A stretch of DNA of 60,044 bases, filler included, from an uncultured bacterium (GCA_964637655.1; 4 parts of 4 records of this genome joined end to end with filler, not necessarily neighbours in it); one strand, 5' to 3'; positions 9,250 through 18,989 are shown, counted from the first letter of the whole stretch. The notes: generated by a model not told the origin, from the letters alone. A program made the numbers and translations.

Positions 9250-10347
9250 TCAGCCGGTGAGAAAGCGCGCCTTGAGCGTGCTTTCGTCCCATTCCCCGCG
9301 CGCAGTCGAGTCCCAGACGATGCCGCCCCCCACCCCCATCTCGCCCCGCCCGTCGCGCAGCAGCAGCGTGCGGATGGGGATGTTCCAGTACATGTCGCGT
9401 GCCGGCGTCACATACCCGATGGCGCCGGTGTAGATGTGCCGCGGCTCGTGCTCAAGCCGGCGGATGATCTGCATGGCGCGGATCTTCGGGGCGCCCGTGA
9501 CAGAGCCAGACGGGAAGAGCGCGGCGCACAGGTCGCGCAGCGACAGGCGGCGCGGGACACGGGCTGTCACCGTCGAGGTCATCTGGAAGAGCGAGCGGTA
9601 GCCCGTCACGGTGAAAAGTTCCGGCGCGCGCACGTGCGTGCCGATACGCCCGAGGTCGTTGCGCAGCAGGTCGGCAATCATCACGTTCTCCGCGCGGTTC
9701 TTGCTATCGTGCTGCAGAAAGCGGCGGTTGGCGCGGTCTTCACGCGGCGTGCTGCCGCGCGGCCAGGTGCCTTTCATCGGCTCGCTGAGGATATGCGTAC
9801 CCTGCTTGCGCACGAAGCGTTCAGGCGACAGCGAGAGGATATGGCGTGTGCCGTCGTCGATATACACGGCGTATGGAACGGGATGCTCCCGGCGCAGGCG
9901 GGTGAAGAGCGCGTACGGATTACCGGCACAGCGGAATTTCAACTTGTGGCAGAAAGTGATCTGGTAGACGTCGCCGCGGGCGATATGGCGGCGGATGGCG
10001 GCGATACGCTGCGCGTAGCGGACAAACGACAGCGAATGTCGGAAACCTTCAACCGTCGTGGTGCCGCGGGCGGCAAGCAACGCGCTGCGACCGCGGCGCG
10101 GCGGTCCGTAGATGCCGCAGCAGAGCAGCGGAAACGCTGACGGACGCGGCGCGGGAAAACACTCCTCGAACGCATAGCCCGCCTCGTAGGACAGGTAGCC
10201 GGCGATGTGGCGGCCGCGGTCGAGCGCGCGTTCCAGCGCGGCAAAAGCGGCAGGAAGGTCGCGCGCATTGCGGACGGTGATGATCTCTTCGGGATTGCGG
10301 AAGAGGAGCGGTTGCGGGGGGAAGAATGTCTGGACGAGCATGACCAT
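9250..10347 (-). CDS. pabB: Aminodeoxychorismate synthase component I / chorismate-binding protein
   Basis: SPERF, PMKGT, AENVMIADLLRNDLGR, FPSGSVTGAPKIRAM, GVGGGIVWDS. Confidence 0.85.
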   Translation of the reverse strand: MVMLVQTFFPPQPLLFRNPEEIITVRNARDLPAAFAALERALDRGRHIAGYLSYEAGYAFEECFPAPRPSAFPLLCCGIYGPPRRGRSALLAARGTTTVEGFRHSLSFVRYAQRIAAIRRHIARGDVYQITFCHKLKFRCAGNPYALFTRLRREHPVPYAVYIDDGTRHILSLSPERFVRKQGTHILSEPMKGTWPRGSTPREDRANRRFLQHDSKNRAENVMIADLLRNDLGRIGTHVRAPELFTVTGYRSLFQMTSTVTARVPRRLSLRDLCAALFPSGSVTGAPKIRAMQIIRRLEHEPRHIYTGAIGYVTPARDMYWNIPIRTLLLRDGRGEMGVGGGIVWDSTARGEWDESTLKARFLTG

Positions 10348-10417
10348 CCCTTCCGGCCTGGGTGCTCCCCGTCAGGGAGGTGAAGGTCATGGCCAGCATA
10401 AAATAACGAAAAAGACA

Positions 10418-10927
10418 CGGCAACAGCAACGGCGTTTCACCACAGAGCACACAGAGCACGCAGAGAAAATCTACGGAAAAGATCCCTATACTGGTCCCGC
10501 TTCAGCGGGACAACTGCATAGTACCTCCTGTCGCGGCTATGCCGCGACTATGTACTACTGCACGGCATTCACCACAGAGCACACAGAGCACGCAGAGAAA
10601 ATCTACGGAAAGAACTCTGTGCCGGTTCCGCGTCAGCGGAACAACTGACCGTTGACTCCCGTCGCGGCTATGCCGCGACCATCCCTGCTATGTAGTCCTG
10701 TTTCTCTCAATCAGTCCTCTGTGTGCTCTGTGTGCTCTGTGGTGAAACGCCGTTGCTGTTGCCGGACGTCTCTCCTTGTGCCCCGTGGTAAAAATGCGGT
10801 TGCTGTTCGCCCGCAGGGCAAAAGCACCCTTCCGGATGTTCGCTCTGTGTGCTCTGCGTGCTCTGCGGTGAAACGCCGTTGCTGTTGCCGGTCGTCTCTC
10901 CGTGTGCTCCGTGTGCTCCGTGGTAAA
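10418..10927. repeat. Composite intergenic repeat element (REP/BIME- or MITE-like) with direct and inverted copies
   Basis: 48-bp unit 10418-10465 is inverted at 10717-10764 and 10843-10890; direct repeats 10436-10548 and 10568-10679 contain internal hairpins. Confidence 0.85.
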
Positions 10928-10933
10928 ATGTCG

Positions 10934-11224
10934 TTACAGGTCGATGGCGCGGGGGAAATCATCGCCGGGGGGCGCCGACTCCGCCGCGGCGAGCGACTTC
11001 TTGAACTGCTCGCGCAACCGTTCCTTCTTGGTCCGCTCTGCCGCGGCTGCTGCCTCAAAGGCCGCAGCACGTTTATCCTTTGCCGCGTCCTGCTCCGCCA
11101 TCAGTTCCGCCAGCGACTTCTTTACTTTTGCCGGCGGCTTGCTCGCGGTCACCGCGCGCGCGGCAGCGTCGATAGTCAGCAGGTGCTGGCAATGCGGGCA
11201 GGTGACATCGTAGGTATCAGCCAT
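10934..11224 (-). CDS. Small hypothetical protein (N-terminal CPHC motif, coiled-coil)
   Basis: 96-aa ORF, last gene of the minus-strand ABC operon. Confidence 0.7.
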   Translation of the reverse strand: MADTYDVTCPHCQHLLTIDAAARAVTASKPPAKVKKSLAELMAEQDAAKDKRAAAFEAAAAAERTKKERLREQFKKSLAAAESAPPGDDFPRAIDL

Positions 11225-11227
11225 GAC

Positions 11228-12484
11228 TCACCTCAACGCGGCCAGCAGCGAGCGCAGTTTCGTCGCGTCGACGTGTGACGTGGCAGCTTCACCCTCGCGC
11301 CAGACGAGATACCGCCCCCCCTCGCGCCACAGGAACAGCTGCTGCGCGGGACCCTCGTAGCGCTGCAGGGTTATCGTCACCTCGGCCTGTGCGACAGGGC
11401 GCGGCGGCTGCGGTGCGGCACTGACCGCATAGCCCGTCAGTGGCAGGTTGAGCAGCGGTTCAAGCAGGTCGGCGCTGCCGGCGGGCCACTCACCCCCCTC
11501 AGCGCGGCGCAGCGTGCCGCTGTCGCTGCCCGACCACGAGAGCCCCTGCAGGTCATAGACGCCGGCGGGGGCGAGCGTCAACGCGGCAAAGGACGCAGCA
11601 CCGCCGAAGAACGGGCGCACCAGTTCCGCCGGGATGACAAAGCCGCCGGGGCGGGTGGAGAGTGACGCATGCACGGTGGCATCGCCCGGCGCGGGCCGGT
11701 TGCAGCGCAGCACGGTGAGCACGGTATCGCCGGCACAGAGTGCGAGTGTCGCACCGTCTGCCGGCGCGGTCTCCGTAAAGGTCAGCACCGGGGCGGTGGC
11801 CAGCGAGGAAACGAGGCGCGTCATCTGCGCGTTGCGCACGAGCAGCGGCGCGGGACGCAGCATCTGCCAGTTCCCGTCCCGCTCGCGCAGCTCAACAGCG
11901 TCATCGACCACGAAGCGGTTGGTGCGGTAGGCGAGAGCGCCCAGCAGGTCGCGCCGCCGCAGGTCGGCAGTCGCCACCGCCAGCACCTCGGGTCCGAGCG
12001 TGGCGGTTTTGACACGCGGCTCGCCTGTCACGCGCACGAAGACGCCGCGGGTGAAGGCGTCCGGGGCGCCGATGCTGATCTCGCGTTCTGCGCCCGAGGT
12101 GAGCACGAGGCGTATCGTGGCACGCACGGTGCCGAAGGCGGCCTGCACCGCGCTGTCGTCAGCGTCGCCTGCCGGCTGCGCGGGCGCGCCCAGCAGCGCG
12201 GAGAGGAAACGGTCGACGGCGACCGGGTCGGCTTCGTCGCGCAGCGGTGCCGCGAGTTCCCAGCCGGACATCATGCCGTCGCCGGTGCGCTGCAGCGCCC
12301 ACACGGTATCACCAGCGACGAGAAACACCTGTTTGACGTCGGTGGTTTCGACCCCGGCGAGCACCTGCCGCTCGCCCGCCCGCAGGTCGTCGGTGCTCAG
12401 CTGGTGGCGCTCGTAGAACCAGATGTAGGTTCCGCCGAGCACCAGCAGCAGCAGGATGACGAGATTGGTGCGCGACAGCGCCAT
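11228..12484 (-). CDS. DUF4340 domain protein
   Basis: N-terminal TM anchor, W.L.AP...AD...V..FL motif, position after gldG-like gene. Confidence 0.75.
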   Translation of the reverse strand: MALSRTNLVILLLLVLGGTYIWFYERHQLSTDDLRAGERQVLAGVETTDVKQVFLVAGDTVWALQRTGDGMMSGWELAAPLRDEADPVAVDRFLSALLGAPAQPAGDADDSAVQAAFGTVRATIRLVLTSGAEREISIGAPDAFTRGVFVRVTGEPRVKTATLGPEVLAVATADLRRRDLLGALAYRTNRFVVDDAVELRERDGNWQMLRPAPLLVRNAQMTRLVSSLATAPVLTFTETAPADGATLALCAGDTVLTVLRCNRPAPGDATVHASLSTRPGGFVIPAELVRPFFGGAASFAALTLAPAGVYDLQGLSWSGSDSGTLRRAEGGEWPAGSADLLEPLLNLPLTGYAVSAAPQPPRPVAQAEVTITLQRYEGPAQQLFLWREGGRYLVWREGEAATSHVDATKLRSLLAALR

Positions 12485-12487
12485 GGC

Positions 12488-13897
12488 TCAGAACCTCCGG
12501 CGCAGCCAGACGTAGATGCCGGCAACGAGCGTGGCGAGCGGCACGAGGACCACCGCCACCCAGAAGAAGCCGGTCACCTGGTCGGCCGAAAGCGTGAGTT
12601 TGACCGCGTCGGCGCGGCGCGGCGGCACGGAAATGAGCGAGGCGCGCTCGGCGAGCCAGTTGATGCAGTTGCGCAGGAACGGGCCATTGACCTCGCGAAA
12701 GTTCTGCGAGACGAGTGCATCACCGTCGCCGATGATGACCAGGCGCAGTCCCGTGCTGTCGCTCTGCACCGCGTAGGCGAGTGCGCAGGGACCGGCGGCA
12801 TCGTCCGGGTCGCGCCGGCTGCCGCTTTGCGGGTCGAAGTTCCGCTCGGCGAAACTGTTGTCTGACGAGGAGGCCAGCGCGGTCGCCGTGAGGCCGGCCG
12901 GCAGTGCGGCCGCCGCCTGCAGCGGCCGCGCGAAGAGGAAGAGGGTCGGCAGCCCGCGCAGCGGGCGGGTGATGTCGTGCAGCCCGTAGTCGGCGACGAG
13001 CACGCTCCCTTCCGGCACCCCGTTGAGCTGCCGGGCGCTGTCGCGTTCGATGACGATGGCGTCGGGGGTGGTCACCCCGTAGCGGGCGATGAACTGCTCG
13101 AGTCCCGTGGCGCGCAGCCCGCCGTCGCGGTGGATGAGCGGGTCGAGCGCGATGAGCGCGCGGCCGCCGCGGTCGAGGTAGGCACCGAGCGCGGTCAGTT
13201 CGCCGTCAGTGAGCGGGGTCAGCGGGGCAACCACGGCGAGTGCGGTGAGCGAATCGGAGGCCGGCCCGGCGAGCAGGTTGACATCCTCAACGTCGCAGTT
13301 GTCGCGCACGAGCATCTCGCGCAGCGCGGTGGCGGCCTCGTCACCATGCCCGGCGAGTACCCCGATGCGCGGGCGCGCTTCCTGCGTCACCTTGATCAGC
13401 GCGTCGAGAAACTTCTCCTCGCCGCGGAAGGTGCGGTTCTCGTCGCCGCCGCTCATGGCGGCAGCGTAATCGGCATCGTAGAGTTCGGTCTCGCGCACGA
13501 ACTGCGTGCGTTCGCCGCAGGCGAAGATGACCGTCCCCCCGTCGTACTGCCCCAGCCCGTACTGCATCGCCAGCTTCTCAAGACGGGCCGGGTCGCTGTA
13601 GCGGTCGAGGTATTCGACGGTGAGGGTGTTGGCCGGCGCGACAGCTCCGAAGCGCTCGAGCAGTTCGCGCACGTCGAGCCCCTGGCGGCTGTCCGAGGCG
13701 ATGACGATGATGCTGACCGGGCGCGCCAGCGACTGCAGCACGCGCTCGCTCTGCTCCGACAGCGAGAAGTAGCTGTCGGCGGTCCAGTCGCCGCGATGGT
13801 AGTAGCGCGCCGAGAAGTAGTTGAGCATCACCAGCAGGGCGACGACGCCGAGCACGAGGACGACGAGATTGAGCAGGTACCTGGACATGCGGTTCAT
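12488..13897 (-). CDS. GldG-family ABC transporter auxiliary component
   Basis: DWTADSYFSLSEQS, GEEKF, GHGD, RLVIIGD, N-CINWL; TM helices at both ends. Confidence 0.85.
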   Translation of the reverse strand: MNRMSRYLLNLVVLVLGVVALLVMLNYFSARYYHRGDWTADSYFSLSEQSERVLQSLARPVSIIVIASDSRQGLDVRELLERFGAVAPANTLTVEYLDRYSDPARLEKLAMQYGLGQYDGGTVIFACGERTQFVRETELYDADYAAAMSGGDENRTFRGEEKFLDALIKVTQEARPRIGVLAGHGDEAATALREMLVRDNCDVEDVNLLAGPASDSLTALAVVAPLTPLTDGELTALGAYLDRGGRALIALDPLIHRDGGLRATGLEQFIARYGVTTPDAIVIERDSARQLNGVPEGSVLVADYGLHDITRPLRGLPTLFLFARPLQAAAALPAGLTATALASSSDNSFAERNFDPQSGSRRDPDDAAGPCALAYAVQSDSTGLRLVIIGDGDALVSQNFREVNGPFLRNCINWLAERASLISVPPRRADAVKLTLSADQVTGFFWVAVVLVPLATLVAGIYVWLRRRF

Positions 13898-13901
13898 AAC
13901 C

Positions 13902-14651
13902 TTACCCCCGGTGCCGCCAGCCGAGCACGCGCACGGCCCCGAACAGGCCGGCGGCGAGCAGCGACAGGTTGTAGACGACGGGGCGCGTGTCGACGATGCC
14001 GCGCGCGTAGTCGTCAGCGTGATTGAGAATGTTGATGTAGCGGAAGGCGGTCTGCCCCCCCGCCACTGCGGTCATCACCTGCTCGAGCATGGCGCCGAGG
14101 AAGACGGCGATGAGCAGCAGCAGGCAGAGCACGGCGGCGACGATCTGGTTGTGGGTGAGCGCCGAGGTGAAGAGCCCGAGCGCAATGAGCGAGGCGCCGG
14201 TAAGCAGGATGCCGAGGTAGCCGGCGGCGATGGGCCCCCAGTCGATATCGCCGTAGGCGGAAAGGATGCCGACGTAGAACACCGTGGGGAGCCAGAGCGA
14301 GATGTAGAAGGTGAGCGCGGCGGCGAACTTGCCGAGCACCAGCTGCGTGTCGCTCACCGGGGCGGTGAGCAGCGTTTCGATGGTCCCCGTGCGTTTCTCC
14401 TCGGCCAGCAGGCGCATGGTGATGAGCGGGATGAGCGCGAGGATGAAGAGCCAGTAGAAGAAGTTGCCGCCGCCGAAGAAGAAGCGGAGCATCTCGGTGA
14501 CGGAGCCGGCGCCCGGCTGCGACACCACCTGCAGCAGCATCCAGAAGACGACGCCGTTCATCAGCAGGTAGGCGGTGAGGAACACCCAGGCGATGGCCGA
14601 GGTGTAGATGGCGAGCAGTTCCCGCCGGGCGATATGCCAGATCGTGGTCAT
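13902..14651 (-). CDS. ABC transporter permease (GldF-like)
   Basis: IARRELLAIY, TMRLLAEEKRTGTIETLLTAP, VLGKF; multiple TM segments. Confidence 0.9.
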   Translation of the reverse strand: MTTIWHIARRELLAIYTSAIAWVFLTAYLLMNGVVFWMLLQVVSQPGAGSVTEMLRFFFGGGNFFYWLFILALIPLITMRLLAEEKRTGTIETLLTAPVSDTQLVLGKFAAALTFYISLWLPTVFYVGILSAYGDIDWGPIAAGYLGILLTGASLIALGLFTSALTHNQIVAAVLCLLLLIAVFLGAMLEQVMTAVAGGQTAFRYINILNHADDYARGIVDTRPVVYNLSLLAAGLFGAVRVLGWRHRG

Positions 14652-14978
14652 GAGGCCACCTCCGTCGCCGGGGCTGATTCCGCCGGCGCGTTTACGGTCA
14701 GTTGCGCGAAGATCTCCTCAAGCGCGGCGCGGTGCGGGCGCAGTTCGCGTACCGTCCAGCCGGCCGCGGCGGCGGCGCGGAAGACCGCCTCGGCTGTCGC
14801 TTCGCTGTCGTGCGCGGTGAGGGTGAAGGCGGTCAGCGCACCCTGCGGCGACGGCCGCACCCCGGAGACCCCGGGGAGCGCCTGCAGGCGCGTCGCGGCG
14901 TCAGGCGGGGCGTCGCGCAGCACGAGCACCACCTCGTCCTGCCCGCGCAGCCGCCGGTCGAGTTCCGCCGGCGTCCCT
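14648..14978 (-). CDS. ABC transporter ATP-binding protein (GldA-like), C-terminal fragment
   Basis: Ends ...LEEIFAQLT; truncated by the contig linker. Confidence 0.7.
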
Positions 14979-15078
14979 NNNNNNNNNNNNNNNNNNNNNN
15001 NNNNNNNNNNNNNNNNNNNNNNTTAATTAATTAANNNNNNNNNNNNNNNNNNNNNNNNNNNNNNNNNNNNNNNNNNNN
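14979..15078. other. Artificial contig linker
   Basis: N-run with central TTAATTAATTAA (stops in all frames). Confidence 0.97.
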
Positions 15079-15267
15079 AACGCGAAGATCCGCATCTTCA
15101 CCCTCGACGGAACGCTCGTCGATGCGGAGGAGGTCAGCGGTTCCGGCAACTGGCAGTGGGACGCGAAGAACAGCCGCGGGCAGGAATGCGCCAGCGGCAC
15201 CTACTTCTACCTGATCACCAGCAGCGGTGGCGGGCTGGCTAAGGGAACGTTATGCATCATCCGCTGA
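15079..15267 (+). CDS. C-terminal fragment of a secreted protein with a T9SS type A/FlgD-like sorting domain
   Basis: Manual translation AKIRIFTLDGTLV...WDAKNSRGQECASGTYFYLI...KGTLCIIR*. Confidence 0.8.
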   Translation, partial: NAKIRIFTLDGTLVDAEEVSGSGNWQWDAKNSRGQECASGTYFYLITSSGGGLAKGTLCIIR

Positions 15268-16187
15268 CGCGCCTGCTGGCCGCGGCCCTGCTGCTGCTGA
15301 CTGCCGCCGCTGCTGCCACCGCCGCTGACGGTGATGCCGGGACCGCCGGCGCCACTTTCCTCAAACTCAATCCCTTCCCCACCGCCGGGGCGATGGGGGC
15401 CTATACCGCGCTGGCCACCGGCAACGAGGCGCTGCAGATGAGTCCCGCCGGCCTGGCGGCGACGAAGAGCATCGAGTTCTCCATGATGCACAACGACTGG
15501 CTCGGGCTGGCTGACCACGAACACTTTGCGCTGACCGTTCCCGCGGCGGTCGGCGAGGGGGGCGCGCTCGGCCTGTCGCTCTCCTATCTCACCACGGGTG
15601 ATATCCGCCGCACGACGGTTGGCGACCCCAACGGCCTCGTCTCGGGCGATTTCTCCGCCTCCGACCTGATGTTTTCCGTCGGCTACGGGCAGCGCCTCAC
15701 CCCGCAGTTCGCCGTTGGCGGTACCGTCCGCTTCCTGCGCGAACGTATCTGGACCTATCACGACAACGCCTTTTGTGGCGATATCGGCGTGCGGTTCAGC
15801 CAGGGGGACGAGGGGTTCTCCGCCGCCGCGGCCGTGCTCAACCTAGGCAGCGGCCTGACGTTCGTGCGTGACGGGGCGGACCTGCCGACCATGTATACCG
15901 CCGGACTGGCCTACCGCTGGCAGTTCTGGGAGACCAGCCGCCTCACTGTCGCCGTCGACGGGTACCTGCCGACGGACGAGGACGCTTTCGGTGCCCTCGG
16001 CCTCGAAGTCGAGGCGGGCGACTACGCTGTCGCCCGCGCCGGCTACTCGACGAAGCACGACGAGGGGACGGGCTTCACCTGCGGCTTCGGGCTGCGTGAC
16101 GGCGAGAACTGGTTCGTCGACTATGCCTACACGCCGCAGGACGACCTCGGCAACGCCAACCGCATCTCCCTCACCTTCCGCTACTGA
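15252..16187 (+). CDS. PorV/PorQ family outer-membrane beta-barrel protein
   Basis: Signal peptide, GATFLKL...AMGAYTA..SPAGLA, DLPT..AG, DYAY..DLG..RISLTFRY. Confidence 0.85.
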   Translation: MHHPLTRLLAAALLLLTAAAAATAADGDAGTAGATFLKLNPFPTAGAMGAYTALATGNEALQMSPAGLAATKSIEFSMMHNDWLGLADHEHFALTVPAAVGEGGALGLSLSYLTTGDIRRTTVGDPNGLVSGDFSASDLMFSVGYGQRLTPQFAVGGTVRFLRERIWTYHDNAFCGDIGVRFSQGDEGFSAAAAVLNLGSGLTFVRDGADLPTMYTAGLAYRWQFWETSRLTVAVDGYLPTDEDAFGALGLEVEAGDYAVARAGYSTKHDEGTGFTCGFGLRDGENWFVDYAYTPQDDLGNANRISLTFRY

Positions 16188-16330
16188 CGGAAATTCGGGG
16201 ACACACTACTCATTTCCATGCGCGGCATCGGCAACCGGCAGAAATTTCCTGCGACCCGCGTCTGCCCGCCCCGCCCGTCGCGGGTGAAACGCCTCCCCCC
16301 GGCGCGCGCCCCGCGTAAGGGAAAACCCTG

Positions 16331-17359
16331 ATGCGCATTCTTGTTGCCGGCCCGGGACACCTGCGCACCGTGCCGATGTTCGCGCAGACCGTCGCCACGC
16401 TGCGCGACCTCGGGCACGAGGTGACGCCGTTCAACCTCGGCTGGAAGCATCCGCTTGACCGTATCCTCCGCCGCCCGCTCAAAAAGCTGCTCAAGCGCGA
16501 CGACAGTTTTCTCCCCGCGCTGCACAGCGCGACGGCGCTCAATGCCCGCCTGCTCGCTGCTGTGGCGGGTTGCCGGGCGGAACTCTTCCTGGCTATCTTC
16601 GGGTTCGATATCCGCGAACAGACCGTACGCGCGCTGCGCGCGCAGGGGGTGCGCACCGCCTGCTGGTGGCTCAATGACCCTTTCCATCTTGACCGCTCTT
16701 TTGTGCAGGCGGGCTGGTACGACCGCTACTTTACCAATGCTCCCTCCTGCGTGCCTGCCTATCACGCCGCCGGGTTCGCCGGCGCGCGCGGCCTGCTGCA
16801 TGCCATCTACCCGGCGTGGCACCGCCCGGTGACCCTGACCGCGGCGGAACGCGCCGCCTATACCTGCGACATCGCCTTTGCCGGCGACTGGGAGACCGTG
16901 CGCGAACAGGCGCTGCTTCGCCTCGCGGGGAAGTACCGCGTGCAGATCCGCGGGCCGTGGCGGCGCAAACTCCCCGCGGATTCCCCGCTGCGTGCCTGCA
17001 TCGCCGCCGACTGGTTTGCTCCCGACGAGATGCCGCGCATCGCCGCCGGGGCTGCTATCGTGCTCAACCTGCACGCGTGGTTCGGGCAGGATGACCGCGG
17101 CACCAATCCGCGCGTTTTCGAAGCCGCGGGCTGCGGCGCCTTCCAGCTCTGCGACTGGAAACAGGACATCCCTGACTGTTTTACCGACGGGCAGGAGCTT
17201 GTTCTGTACCGCACGCTCGAGGAAATGGAACAGCAGGTTGCGCACTGGCTGCCGCGGGAGACGGAGCGCCGTGCCGTCGCTGCAGCCGCGGCTGCGCGCG
17301 CGGCGCGCGACCACTGCTACACCGTGCGCCTGCAGGAGATGTTCGCCCTGCTGCGTTAG
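16331..17359 (+). CDS. Glycosyltransferase, CgeB/Glyco_trans_1_2 family
   Basis: WWLNDP, CDIAFAG, NPRVFEAAGCG, HCYTVR motifs. Confidence 0.85.
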   Translation: MRILVAGPGHLRTVPMFAQTVATLRDLGHEVTPFNLGWKHPLDRILRRPLKKLLKRDDSFLPALHSATALNARLLAAVAGCRAELFLAIFGFDIREQTVRALRAQGVRTACWWLNDPFHLDRSFVQAGWYDRYFTNAPSCVPAYHAAGFAGARGLLHAIYPAWHRPVTLTAAERAAYTCDIAFAGDWETVREQALLRLAGKYRVQIRGPWRRKLPADSPLRACIAADWFAPDEMPRIAAGAAIVLNLHAWFGQDDRGTNPRVFEAAGCGAFQLCDWKQDIPDCFTDGQELVLYRTLEEMEQQVAHWLPRETERRAVAAAAAARAARDHCYTVRLQEMFALLR

Positions 17360-18888
17360 GCGGGGGCGCTCTCCCCTCCGGTCGGGAGGGTGAACCAGAA
17401 CGTCGTCCCGCCGCCGCTTTCCACGCCGATCTGCCCGCGATGCCGCAGCACGATGTCGCGGCAGATGGCCAGACCCAGTCCCACTCCCCGCCGTGCCGCG
17501 TCCCGGTCCGCCTGCTGAAACTTTTCAAAGATGCGCTGCTGCTGCTCCGCCGGGATGCCGGGTCCGGTATCATGCACGGTGAAACGCACGCCGCGTTCCG
17601 TTGCGGCTACGGCCAGGGTCACCGTGCCGCCGTCAGGCGTGAATTTCAGCGCGTTGGTCACCAGGTTGTCGAGTACCCGCGCGATCAGGTCGCGGTCGCA
17701 GCAGACTGCGGGGACGGCGCCTGCCGGTCGCGACCACTGTACCGCCTGTTGCCGCGGCTGTGCCGCCAGCCGGAAGGCGGGGAGCTGCGCCTCGATGAGT
17801 TCACCCGGGTCGTGCCACGCGCCGGCCGGCGTGGCGGACTCCTGCTCGAATTTCGCGGCAAAGATGATGTCGCTGACCAGCCGTTCGATGCGGTTGATGC
17901 CGTCGTGGATGATGCGGAACACCTCGCGGTTCTCCGCCGGCGCTCCCGGCGCCGGTTCGAGCAGCTCCACGCCGCCGCGGATGAAGGTCAGCGGTGAGCG
18001 GATATCGTGCGAGATGACCGACAGGTAATAATTCTTCTGCCGGTCCAGCGCAAGCAGCCGCTCGTTCTGTTCCTGCAGCTGCTGCGCGTTGTTCTCCAGC
18101 AGTCGCCGGCTGAGGTCGAGTTCGCGGAAAACCATCGCGTATGGTTCGCGGATACCCGTCTCAACCAGCGCCCGGTAGACGAGGAAGAAGGAAAGCAGCT
18201 TCAGCAGGTGACCCGCCTGGTTGCTCAACCCGAAGTTGCTGACGTAGAGCGTGAAGCAGAACTCCTGCACGATGGTGCAGAGTATGGCCCAGAAGAGGAG
18301 GCGGTAGACCGCGGGGGAGAAGCGCTGCCGCTGCCGGCGCAGCAGCGCCAGCGTCAGCGCGAAGAGGGCAATGCCTGCGTAACCGCTGACGATCTTGAAC
18401 ATGGTCTGCCCGCTCCCCGGCACATAACAGACCGGGAAGACCTGCCAGACGAAGATGCTCAGGATGACGATGGTCGTGTAGGCGGCGAACGTGAGCAGCG
18501 CCGCCGCCGTCTGCCGCACAGTCAGCATGGCCGTGCAGCGGAAGGCGAGCAGCAGCACCATCGCCTCGAGCAGGCGCGCTGCCACCCACAGCTGGTTGGC
18601 AGAGAAATGTTCGCCCGGGAAAATGGCCATCCCCTGGTATGAGAGCGTGTGCAGCAGGTCGAGCCCGCCGACGAACAGGTAGCCCAGCCCGGTGCAGAAG
18701 AGGAACCCGTCGCGCAGGTAGGCGCGTCCGTTCCAGGCGATGACAAAGATGGCCGCCGCGACGATGATGCTGAACAGTTCGCTCAGCGCGTGGAAGAGCA
18801 GGTAGCTGTGCAGGCTGGTCAGGTAGATGAGCCCGATACCGGCAGCGACCGCGGCGGCGCGGATGCGGGCGTACGCGGTTGTTTGCAT
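17356..18888 (-). CDS. MASE3-domain sensor histidine kinase
   Basis: SYLLFHALSELFSI, HTLSYQGM, NQLW (MASE3); SHDIRSPL H-box; NLVTNALKF, DTGPGI, GLGLAIC. Confidence 0.92.
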   Translation of the reverse strand: MQTTAYARIRAAAVAAGIGLIYLTSLHSYLLFHALSELFSIIVAAAIFVIAWNGRAYLRDGFLFCTGLGYLFVGGLDLLHTLSYQGMAIFPGEHFSANQLWVAARLLEAMVLLLAFRCTAMLTVRQTAAALLTFAAYTTIVILSIFVWQVFPVCYVPGSGQTMFKIVSGYAGIALFALTLALLRRQRQRFSPAVYRLLFWAILCTIVQEFCFTLYVSNFGLSNQAGHLLKLLSFFLVYRALVETGIREPYAMVFRELDLSRRLLENNAQQLQEQNERLLALDRQKNYYLSVISHDIRSPLTFIRGGVELLEPAPGAPAENREVFRIIHDGINRIERLVSDIIFAAKFEQESATPAGAWHDPGELIEAQLPAFRLAAQPRQQAVQWSRPAGAVPAVCCDRDLIARVLDNLVTNALKFTPDGGTVTLAVAATERGVRFTVHDTGPGIPAEQQQRIFEKFQQADRDAARRGVGLGLAICRDIVLRHRGQIGVESGGGTTFWFTLPTGGESAPA

Positions 18889-18894
18889 GCAGCC

Positions 18895-18923
18895 ACTCTA
18901 CGCTGTTGCTGCCGGGGTGTCAA
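18895..18923 (-). promoter_or_regulatory. Sigma70 promoter, apparently giving a leaderless transcript
   Basis: TTGACA-17nt-TAGAGT, then 6 nt to the ATG; no SD. Confidence 0.65.
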
Positions 18924-18989
18924 TGGCCCGAGTGCTCATGCGCGTCTCATCCGCGTGTGCTATACTGGCTGTCGGCAGGAGGAACACCC

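Noticed and set aside
10418-10927. CRISPR array, or coding ORFs with TTEHTEH repeats
   Set aside because: Repeats occur in both orientations, intervening sequences are themselves repeated, there are no cas genes, and the ORFs merely translate the repeat
14979-15078. TTAATTAATTAA palindrome within N-runs (also 30038-30137 and 45044-45143)
   Set aside because: Identical 100-nt artificial linkers joining contigs of decreasing length; not biological, and cross-linker synteny cannot be used
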